From: Ruditapes philippinarum
Lineage: Eukaryota
Length of the DNA stretch: 64,000 bases
Assembly (NCBI RefSeq): GCF_026571515.1
Contig: NW_026852851.1
Coordinates: forward strand, 62,001 to 126,000
Direction: 5' to 3'
This document shows, in pieces, positions 52,340-62,010 of this stretch. The stretch's first letter is position 1. Each line of letters opens with the position of its first letter. Below the pieces are notes generated by a model, which worked only from the letters and a program-made list of their open reading frames with translations, ran no database searches and had not been told where the DNA came from. The position numbers and the translations under genes are program-made.

Positions 52340-54750
52340 ATATATAAATAAATATTGAATAGAAATAAAATGACTGCAAGGCGACTGAAAACATAAAATA
52401 AGAAAAATAAACAAAACAGAACATTAAAAGGTAGATCTATATTAAACAACTAAACATATCAGTAAAATTAAAACAAGATCATTGTGTAAAAAGATTATAG
52501 CCACTGTGGGTAAACCCCTGTACTTTCTGTGCTTTCGAAAAATGATACGAGTCAAAGTTAAACAGCTAACAATCAATCATACAGTTATCTGAAATATTAC
52601 GTGATTGTGCTCGCAATTTACCATACACATTGAAGAGTATAGGTTTGAAAACTCCGATATACATTTGAGCTGCGTCACGACAAAACCAACATAATGGGTT
52701 TGCGATCAGCATGGATCCAGACCAGCCTGTGCATCCGCACAGTCTGATCAGGATCCATGCTGGTCGCTTACCAACTCTATTACAAGTAGAGAAACTGATA
52801 GCGAACAGCATGGATCCTGATCAGACTGCGCGGATGCGCAGGCTGGTCTGGATCCATGCTGGTCGCAAACGCATTACGTTGGTTTTGTCATGACACGGCT
52901 CATTTATTTTGTACACTGTCCGAACTAGCAGACGACATGTTTGAATTAAATGATGCGGTTTTCCCACTGTGATCTTAGACTTAGAAACTTATGAATGAAA
53001 CTAATATTTGTACAAAAATGTACATATGAAACAATACATTCTGCAATACTGACTACAAGGTTGAACATCACTAAATAATATCATTTTGTACTTGTCAGAT
53101 GGGTAGCAATATTTGGCAAAACATGTAGTAAACAAAATTTCTGTTTGCTTTCGTTTTGCAAATGACTATTTAGCATCATTATACGTAAAAATAGATAATT
53201 AAAGTAAAATTTGATTGTTTATTTTGAAGTAATCTAATAAACAATACGTTATTCCTACATATTTAGTGGTGTTTGACCTTGACTACTATTTAATGCATTT
53301 ACAGCTGAAAATGAAACCTCAAGCTGAAACAAAAAGAATTACTGAATAAAGAAAAATAACAAAGATATAATATTTAACATTATATTTCATACTAAAAAAA
53401 ATCTAAATGAATTTTTACAGGAACACATTCCCATGGATCACAATTACACACGTGACTACCAGCCGCTTTCCGATTTGTCACAATTACACACGTGACAACC
53501 AGCTGCTTTCCCATTTGCCACAACTACACACGTGACTACACACGTGACTACCAGCTGCTTTCTCATTTGTCACAATTACACACGTGACAAACAGCTGCTT
53601 TCCGATTCGTTACAATTTCAAATAGCCCCAACAGTTCTTCCTTTGAAGTATTTCAATAAAAAAAAATACACAAACTTAAAAAATTTTGTTGGCAATATTT
53701 GGAATGAGTTTATAGACAAAATGTGATCCGTGAGAAAAGTGTAAGTAAAAATCTTTACAAAAAAGCTAAAAGTAAGTAAAATAAAGGATATTGCATAAAT
53801 CTTTCACATGACTTAACTATAAAATTTTTTCCCGGTTTTCCCAAAAAATTTTTAACGGTTTTTCTTTTTAAAAGTTTTTGTTTTTTAAAAACACAGTTGT
53901 TAAAACCCAAAAATTTTGGGAAAAATTGTTCACCCCTTACATGGGATACGTAAAATTTTTCCCCCTGAAAGACGCCAAAATCAAAAAAAAAGCAAGCAAA
54001 AAGACAAAAGAGGCAAAAATTTTCCCCCCGGTAAACCCGAACAGCCTATAAAAAATCAAACAAGATGGGCCCGACAAAAAAGCAGGGTACGAATTACTGC
54101 CCCCTAATAGGCGTGAAACGAGGGGAATGCCAAAGTGTCACCCAAAAAAACATCAAACCCATGGGTTTCAAAAAACATTTGCCATTAAATTCCCCAAATA
54201 AATTAAAAAAAAGGTTGTTCCTGAAAATGAAAAAAATCAAACGAATGACGTCGGGGTTGCTTTTCAAATCCCAAGGGGGCGGCCCATGAATCAGAAAAAC
54301 AAATTTAGTGTTTGCTATTTCAACAACTCGTGCTACAATGTTTACGTTGTATCTTCTAATCAAACGACGCTTCAAATTTTTTCCATCTATCTATGTTTGT
54401 TTTGCTATAATAAAGTTTAAAAAAGATGATTAATGTGCGAATATTTTATATTAGGCATATATAAGCAAATGCTTGAAAAGTGACTTTTAGAAAAAATAAT
54501 TTTAGAATTAAAATGAAATAAGTTATTTTTTAACTTACACCAGGCATTACTCACTCGCTCTATGTCTTTAAAAAACGTCTTCCCAGCGTTCGCCTGCTTT
54601 TCCGGTGGCATGGTCAAAGGAATGAGGTCCCGGATGTAACCTGGTTGAACTTTTCCGGAAAATACAACGACGTTCTCGGATATTTCCGAGGTAAGTCCGC
54701 CACATAGTCGATCATCTTTTTCCGCGTTTCCGGAAATTCTTCAGCTCCAT
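42233..54750 (-). CDS. DDC: Aromatic L-amino-acid (DOPA) decarboxylase, group II PLP-dependent decarboxylase; whole span of 12 coding exons
   Basis: Manual minus-strand translation gives collinear AADC motifs bounded by GT-AG sites in the clean exons: [47 protein letters not shown] (PLP Lys), [46 protein letters not shown] (Gly rather than Ser) favours DDC over HDC/TDC. Confidence 0.95.
42866..42967 (-). CDS. DDC: DDC coding exon 11 (102 nt)
   Basis: tag|[34 protein letters not shown]|gtaagt. Confidence 0.97.
42995..43410 (+). repeat. Degenerate ~60-bp tandem repeat in a DDC intron
   Basis: cagtcaaacgtat.aaatcagt.attt.tggt.tcaca.cgtcacgtacgttttcagaac units. Confidence 0.8.
43827..43925 (-). 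CDS. DDC: DDC coding exon 10 (99 nt)
   Basis: cag|[33 protein letters not shown]|gtacta. Confidence 0.97.
43952..44188. mobile_element. Palindromic MITE, copy 2 (DDC intron)
   Basis: Same TIRs and core. Confidence 0.92.
44905..44995 (-). CDS. DDC: DDC coding exon 9 (91 nt, catalytic-loop Tyr)
   Basis: cag|(W)[30 protein letters not shown]|gtaaat. The phase completes the TGG codon split with exon 8. Confidence 0.96.
45737..45804 (-). CDS. DDC: DDC coding exon 8 (68 nt, PLP-binding lysine)
   Basis: cag|[22 protein letters not shown](W)|gtaagt. Confidence 0.97.
45888..46124. mobile_element. Palindromic MITE, copy 3 (DDC intron)
   Basis: Same TIRs and core. Confidence 0.92.
46900..46994 (-). 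CDS. DDC: DDC coding exon 7 (95 nt)
   Basis: tag|(C)[31 protein letters not shown]|gtataa. Confidence 0.96.
47065..48564. mobile_element. 1.5-kb foldback (long inverted repeat) element
   Basis: 47065-47550 pairs with 48071-48564, and 47718-47845 pairs with 47944-48051, around a ~100-bp AT-rich loop. TATA at both ends. Confidence 0.92.
48596..48670 (-). CDS. DDC: DDC coding exon 6 (a few extra bases)
   Basis: acag|..[19 protein letters not shown]|gtaagt after removing inserted bases. It is 75 nt against about 67 expected. Confidence 0.8.
49307..49460 (-). CDS. DDC: DDC coding exon 5 (garbled; 5' boundary approximate)
   Basis: agagcggggttaatt gives RAGLI (the SVERAGLIG motif); gtaagt donor at 49306-49301. 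Confidence 0.6.
49914..50058 (-). CDS. DDC: DDC coding exon 4 (garbled; boundaries approximate)
   Basis: gcgagtgaagca..ctggttgccttg gives ASEA.LVAL, and ggctttcagctcc resembles AYSS. It falls in the expected position between its neighbours. Confidence 0.6.
50497..50621 (-). CDS. DDC: DDC coding exon 3 (garbled; boundaries approximate)
   Basis: ORF-track peptide [21 protein letters not shown] resembles the expected TELE.V.DWLGKML.LPE.FL..GGGVIQ. It lies in homopolymer-inflated sequence. Confidence 0.7.
50665..50906. mobile_element. Palindromic MITE, copy 4 (DDC intron)
   Basis: Same TIRs and core, with some sequencing noise. Confidence 0.9.
51824..52180 (+). mobile_element. TTAA-flanked MITE (Kolobok-like) in a DDC intron
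   Basis: ttaa|aggaactccactgaggttt...aaacctcagtggagtcctt|ttaa. Confidence 0.8.
52194..52307 (-). CDS. DDC: DDC coding exon 2 (114 nt)
   Basis: tag|[38 protein letters not shown]|gtaaga; intact frame. The acceptor is preceded by a (TTTA)n tract. Confidence 0.95.
52666..52902. mobile_element. Palindromic MITE, copy 5 (core in the opposite orientation)
   Basis: Same TIRs; the core reads ..acaagtagagaaactgatagcg. Confidence 0.92.
53438..53615 (+). repeat. 40-bp minisatellite, ~4 units
   Basis: tcacaattacacacgtgactaccagc.gctttcc.atttg units. Confidence 0.85.
54539..54750 (-). CDS. DDC: DDC coding exon 1 (indel-garbled)
   Basis: Readable pieces across frames: [44 protein letters not shown], then a gtaagt donor. 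ATG at 54750. An acceptor-like ttaatag ending at 54776 suggests an upstream non-coding exon. Several indels. Confidence 0.85.
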
Positions 54751-55096
54751 TTCTTATCTTTTTATTCTTCAAGGACTATTAAGATAGAAAATGAAAATGT
54801 GTTTGAACAAAAGACTCATATAAAGTCAGTTACAGCCTGAATAAAAGTGTGTTTTTTACGTAGAGGTTTGTATTGACCATAAAACCTTTATTTCAAGGAC
54901 AATCAGTTCGGTAATAAGCAAACAAAAAACAATCATGCGGGCTTTCCCTTAAAAGATTTTTCCCCTATGAGTTTTTCCCATTCCAGTGATAAAAAGTAAA
55001 CTTTACAAAATCGTACGCGGGCTAATCAAAACCTTGTCCTTGGAAAAATGAAATTTGTCTTTTAAATGTTTATTCATTTTTTTGAGGAAATTTCTT

Positions 55097-55420
55097 TCAA
55101 AGAGAAGCGCGTTTTTTAAAAGCAGTCGCGCTTGAAGAGAAGTCGTAGCGCTTTCAGAAAAGTCGTCGCGCTTTAACAGAATTCGTCGCGCTTCAAGAGC
55201 AGTTGTCGAGCTTAAAAAAATGGTCGCGCTTTAAGAGAAATCGTCGCGCTTCAAGAGAAGTTGTCGAGCTTTACGAGAAGTTGTCCCGCTTCAAGAAAAG
55301 TTGCGCTTTTAGAGAAATCGTCGCTCTATGAAGTCTTGTAGCTTTAAGAGAAGTCATCAAGCTTTAAGAGAAGTCGTTGTGCACCAAGAGAAGTTGTGCT
55401 TCAAGAGAAGTTGCGCTTTT
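55097..55420 (+). repeat. Degenerate 17-20-bp minisatellite (related array at 57285-57560)
   Basis: cttcaagagaagtcgtcgcg-like units. Confidence 0.75.
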
Positions 55421-56989
55421 TACTACACAGTTGATGCCCAGTATTCGGGTGTCTCTGTTTAGGAGGAATAAGTAGTTAAAAGGGAAGTCGCTGTTAAAAG
55501 AGTCGCCAAAGAGGGTTACCGTCGGTGAATATAACACTCCTTTTTCCACGAAAAATTTTTCAACCGTATGTTTTCACTTTATTATGCACTAGAATACCTT
55601 TCATCGTATTTGTATAATATATACTGATGCAGATTATATAACTGATGCAGTTTAAAATTTAATTAAGTTTCTGGTTTAATTAATTTCATAAATTTGCATT
55701 TTCAGTCTCGCCAAAATTCCAATATAGCCAGGATCAGAAATGTTTCCATCTAACGAACTATGCATTTTTAAATGCAGTTACATACAATATTTTCAGGCCC
55801 GACTCCAGGACTCCTTACAGGAGAGGGTCGCAAAGTTTCGACAAGGCGTCAGCATTTTAACTGTTTTCTAGAGGGGATCCCATTTTTGTAAAATTCTCTG
55901 ATTTTCGCTAAAGGGTTGGCAGGATATTCACGAAAGATAAAAATTGATATTCCCCAAATACATTCTAGTAAAATCACATGGGAGGTCAAACGACCTAACC
56001 CCCCAACCCTACCCCCCGGTCTCGATCCTTTCTAAGGAAGAAATGCGAGAAAGATAATTTAATGTAAAAATAAGTCAAGTCCAGTCTGTGGCCATCTTTT
56101 ATTTGATACTGGATGGGATTTCTTTTATTTAAAATTTGCAACAAAAATATTATAAACATTGTACGGATACATTCAAGCTTAATATTTTTAACAGAAACAC
56201 AAATTTGATTTTAACCAAACCTCGTTTCTACCGAAAAAGGTAATCCTAATCCCTTTGAGACCCAACACAATTCAGACTTTTTTAAAGTCAAAAGATTCAT
56301 TTAAATTAAGCCAATGAAAAAGGGCTCACGAATAGCACAAATTAATTTGAAGTATAGGTATGTTTCCTTAATTTTGACGTTCCATTGTTTTTTAAGTTAT
56401 CAACATCGCTTAAAAGCTTTCATGTGACCAAGCAAGCTCTTCAATGAACGAAAAGTGTCACCAGTTACACCAATCAATTCCAATACACCTGTTGTTTTTT
56501 TTGCAACCGTGAGAAAAACCTCTACATTACAATTACAAGAAGTATCGCTATATCTGTTTTGTATATAGATACATTGATTTCAACGGTTTTGTCTGGCGAC
56601 GTACTTTGAGGTCCTAACAAAGCATGGTGATAGATTAACTAAAAGTATGGAATATTTGGCAAAATGTTCAAATTCAGCTGTTTGATAAGGCTAAGTTGAA
56701 CGGGTCAAGTGATAGACACACAAGATTGGTTTTATTAAAAAAAAGATGGGCAACGTACCTGTAGATAAAGTACAAAGTTCACGATTAATGCCACACAGCT
56801 TAAATTTATTAAAAAAAAAATCAGTGATGTCCAGTTTTTATCACTGATAATTGATATATTTATGGTACAATAGATACCCGATGTGGATCATAATACAGTC
56901 CACCTGGGCCTAACCACTGATAGTCATTATGATTAACGGACATTGTTTGAAAAGTCCATGAAACGTTAATGTAAAGTACAGCAAAGATA

Positions 56990-57164
56990 TGAGCCGCGTC
57001 CCGACAAAACCAACATTATGGGTTTGCGACCAGCATGGATCCAGACCAGCCTGCGCATCCGCGCAGTCTGATCAGGATCCATGCTGTTCGCTTACAAACC
57101 GTATAACAAGTAGAGAAACTGATAGCGCAAACCTATTATGTTGGTTTTGTCGTGACGCGGCTCA
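56990..57164. mobile_element. Palindromic MITE, copy 6 (internally deleted)
   Basis: Both termini are present; ~60 bp of the right arm is missing. Confidence 0.9.
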
Positions 57165-58453
57165 TATATAAATATGAGTTTTAGAATATATTTTTATTAT
57201 ATTTGAACATGATCGTATCTTAATATTCTCTCTGTGTTCAAAACTTCATAGAGATAACTCAATATATTCTGATATTAATATTCCTATCGCGCTTCAAGAG
57301 AAATCCCGCTCTTGAAAAGAGGTATTGAGATTTTATTCAAGAAGAGGCACGCTTCAAAAGGTGTTGCATTTCAAGAGGAGCCACGCTTAAGGGGGAGGCA
57401 CACTTCACGATGAGTCACGTTTCAGTAGAAGTCGCACTTCAAGAGGAGACGCGATTCAAGAGGATTCGCGCATCTAAAGTTCGCGCTTCAAAAGGAATCG
57501 CTCTTCAAGAGGTGTCGGGCTACAAGAGCAGTAACTATTGAAGTGATGCTATTATTCAAGTGAGGTCACTTTTCATAAAAGTCGTTGTTTGGAATGAGTC
57601 ACCAAAGCAGTACTGTCGGTTATTATAAAGGAAATATGAATAATTTATTTGCATGAAAAAAATGTGTTTTCATTAAACATTGTTCATATTTATTACATGT
57701 ATATTCTTATAAATGAATCATGTTTCACAGCATTGAAAAATAAATTTTTACAGTGAAAATACGGAAAATAAAAGAACGCATTTTATTTCATCAATATTTC
57801 TCAATATTTCATTTATAAGTATATAATAAACAGAAAATTCAAGTTTTTCCTATAAATACAGGAATATGATTTTCATTTTTCAAACCACTCGATGAAAATA
57901 AATCCTGTATTTATAGAAAAAAAACTTGAATATCCTCTATTTAAACTGGCGCAAAAACTTTCGTTACAAATTTGATGTAGATTCTGGTTTGATTTATTCT
58001 TTAATTTGCATTTTCAGTCTCAGCATTAGCATCATTTCGGCTCAGAAATGTTTCCTGTTTTGCAAACTGAGCATTTTATTGCTTTTCGCATACGACAGTC
58101 TTTTCTTTGGATTTATTTTCGTATCTTCACATGGTTGCTTACAGGATTTCTTACTAAGGGAGGTCTCAACATTTCGGCAAGAGTATAGTTACCATGTTAC
58201 TGGTTATCCCGAGGGGAGGTCACGAGCCAAATTTTTCAGATTTTCGCTACTTTATGCGTTATTTTCAATAAAAGAAAAAACTGGAAATCAAAAATTCCAT
58301 TTACTGTAGTCAAATCCCATGACGCTCTAACTCCCTCTACCATGGATTGGCCAATGTTTTTAACAGAATGTTATGTATATATATATATTGACCAGTTTTT
58401 CAAGTGAAAAGATATGTACATGTATGAGCAATCGCGTATAGTTGCAAGTTCGA

Positions 58454-58853
58454 NNNNNNNNNNNNNNNNNNNNNNNNNNNNNNNNNNNNNNNNNNNNNNN
58501 NNNNNNNNNNNNNNNNNNNNNNNNNNNNNNNNNNNNNNNNNNNNNNNNNNNNNNNNNNNNNNNNNNNNNNNNNNNNNNNNNNNNNNNNNNNNNNNNNNNN
58601 NNNNNNNNNNNNNNNNNNNNNNNNNNNNNNNNNNNNNNNNNNNNNNNNNNNNNNNNNNNNNNNNNNNNNNNNNNNNNNNNNNNNNNNNNNNNNNNNNNNN
58701 NNNNNNNNNNNNNNNNNNNNNNNNNNNNNNNNNNNNNNNNNNNNNNNNNNNNNNNNNNNNNNNNNNNNNNNNNNNNNNNNNNNNNNNNNNNNNNNNNNNN
58801 NNNNNNNNNNNNNNNNNNNNNNNNNNNNNNNNNNNNNNNNNNNNNNNNNNNNN
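58454..58853. other. Assembly gap (400 N)
   Basis: Run of n. Confidence 1.
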
Positions 58854-59990
58854 AAATGTCTTGATAAATTGGTTGCATTTTCCTGTATTTTCTCTTCTAT
58901 ATGGTTTCATATGCTAAAATTGAAGTGCCCTTTCATTCTTATTGTTATCATCATCACTATCATCATCATCATGTTGTTGTTGTCTGCGTATGTCACACAA
59001 TACGATATTATATATAGATAATAATGTCATTTGTTTAAACTCTATTATTTTGTTTAACATGTTTATGATGTTTGTCTTGAGAAGATAACATAATGATAAA
59101 TGTCACGTGAAAACGAATTATATATAGAAGTGCACATGCCACTTTAATATTACTAAATAAAACACTGTGAGCAGATACATTCAAACTTTTATTTTTAAAC
59201 AGGGTGCCATGTGATCTAACTTCAATATCGTGCATACGTATAAATGTAACACAAAAAAACTAACCTTGTTCTTTAGATAAGAGATAATCCTAATCCGTCC
59301 TGATAACACAATAACCGACTTTCTAAACTTACAGGGTCATTTATTAATCCCATAAAATAAGCATAAAGGTTAGCACAATAAATTTAAGTAGGTAAATGTG
59401 TACTATATATATGCTGATAAATTCGATGTCCCAGTTATATGCAAACTGTTAAAGTTATCAATATCGTTTGAAAGCTTTCATGTTAGCTAGCAAGCTTTTC
59501 CGTAAACGAGAATTGTCACCACTTACAACCTAATGTTCGATTTCTGTCTTTGCGTTTGTTTCTTTCCGATGGCACTCAATAATCCAATACATCGGATTTT
59601 CTGCCGCATCCGTGAGAAAAACCAATACGTGACAGTTACAAAAAAATACCGATGCATTTGTTTTGTTTAATTTGAGAGGCGTGCCTCGGGTAATTTTAAG
59701 TTGTTGTTTTTCGGCCAAATGCCGTCTGTTGTTTTTGGTTGTACTTCCTGTAAAATTTACGGGGAAGAACTGAATATATGTAAACAATTCATTGGTCATT
59801 TTAAAATTGCAATCTGTAATCTCGAAATCTGATTGGCCATTATAAAATTAGTAAAAAAAACACAAAAAAAACACAGGATTTTTCTGACATAGTATACACG
59901 TTTACTTTTTAATTGATCTAAAAGAATTCTGGAACGAACTATCTACATTCATAAGTTCTTTTACTATCAAGTTAAATTCTGTTAACCACG

Positions 59991-62010
59991 CCTTAGGTTT
60001 AATACATGGTATTCAAATTATAAGTGGGGAAATATCCCCTTTAGGTTTGATACATGGTATTCAAATTCTAAGAGGGGAAATATCCCCTTTAGGTTTGATA
60101 CATGGCATTCAAATTATAAGTGGGGAAATATCCCCTTTAGGTTTGATACATGGTATTCAAATTATAAGAGGGGAAATATCCCTTTTAGGTTTGATACATG
60201 GTATTCAAATTATAAGTGGGGAAATATCCCTTTTAGGTTTGATACATGGTATTCAAATTATATGAGGGGAAACATCCCTTTTAGGTTTGATACATGGCAT
60301 TCAAATTATAAGAGGGGAAATATCCGTTTTAGGTTTGATACATGGTATTCAAATTATAAGAGGGGAAATATCCCTTTTATGTTTGATACATGGCATTCAA
60401 ATTATAAGTGGGGAAATATCCCCTTTAGGTTTGATACATGGTATTCAAATTATAAGAGGGGAAATATCCCTTTTATGTTTGATACATGGCATTCAAATTA
60501 TAAGTGGGGAAATATCCTTTTAGGTTTGATACATGGCATTCAAATTATAAGAGGGGAAATATCCCCTTTAGGTTTGATACATGGTATTCAAATTATAAGA
60601 GGGGAAATATCCCTTTTATGTTTGATACATGGCATTCAAAATTATAAGTGGGGAAATATCCCTTTAGGTTTGATACATGGCATTCAAATTATAAGAGGGG
60701 AAATATCCCCTTTAGGTTTGATACATGGTATTCAAATTATAAGAGGGGAAATATCCCTTTTATGTTTGATACATGGCATTCAAATTATAAGTGGGGAAAT
60801 ATCCCCTTTAGGTTTGATACATGGTATTCAAATTATAAGAGGGGAAATATCCCTTTTATGTTTGATACATGGCATTCAAATTATAAGTGGGGAAATATCC
60901 CTTTTAGGTTTGATACATGGTATTCAAATTATAAGAGGGGAAATATCCCTTTTATGTTTGATACATGGCATTCAAATTATTATAAGTGGGGAAATATCCC
61001 CTTTAGGTTTGATACATGGCATTCAAAATTATAAGAGGGGAAATATCCCTTTTATGTTTGATACATGGTATTCAAATTATAAGAGGGGAAATATCCCTTT
61101 TATGTTTGATACATGGCATTCAAATTATAGGGGGAAATATCCTTTTGGGGAAATATCCCCTTTAGGTTTGATACATGGTATTCAAATTATAAGAGGGGAA
61201 ATATCCCCTTTAGGTTTGATACATGTTTATTCAAATTATAAGTGGGGAAATATCCCCTTTAGGTTTGATATATGGTATTCAAATTATAAGTGGGGAAATA
61301 TCCCCTTTAGTTTTGATATATGGTTTTCTAATTATAAGTGGGAAAATATCCCCTTTAGTTTTGATATATGGTTTTCTAATTATAAGTGGGGAAATATCCC
61401 CTTTAGGTTTGATATATGGTTTTCTAATTATAAGTGGGAAAATATCCCCTTTATGTTTTATATATGGTATTCAAATTATAAGAGGGGAAATATCCCTTTT
61501 AGGTTTGATACATGGTATTCAAATTATAAGTGGGGAAATATCCCCTTTAGGTTTTATATATGGTATTCAAATTATAAGTGGGGAAATATCCCTTTTAGGT
61601 TTTATATATGGTATTCAAATTATAAGTGGGGAAATATCCCCTTTAGGTTTTATATATGGTATTCAAATTATAAGTGGGGAAATATCCCCTTTAGGTTTTA
61701 TATATGGTATTCAAATTATAAGTGGGAAAATTTCCATTTCAGGTTTGATATATGGTTTTCTTATTATAAATGGGGAAGATCTTCTTTAGGTTTAACACAT
61801 GGTATTCTTATTATAAGTGGGGAAATATCCCCTTTAAGTTTTATATATGATTTCTTATTTTAAGTGGGGAAAATCTTCTTTAGGTGGGGAAATATCCCCT
61901 TTAGTTTTGATATATAGTTTTCTAATTATAAGTGGGGAAATATCCTCTTTAGTTTTGATATATAGTTTTCTTATTACAAGTGGGAATATATCCCCTGTAG
62001 GTTTGATATA
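59991..62010 (+). repeat. 48-bp satellite array, ~42 units
   Basis: GGTTTGATACATGGTATTCAAATTATAAGTGGGGAAATATCCCCTTTA; the 16-aa periodicity in the spurious ORFs confirms the period. Confidence 0.97.

Noticed and set aside
36580-54750. Lectin + DDC as a co-regulated immune or melanisation cluster
   Set aside because: Only adjacency and shared strand support it; there is no regulatory or synteny evidence in the sequence.
58360-58917. ORFs across the N run
   Set aside because: Artefacts of the assembly gap.
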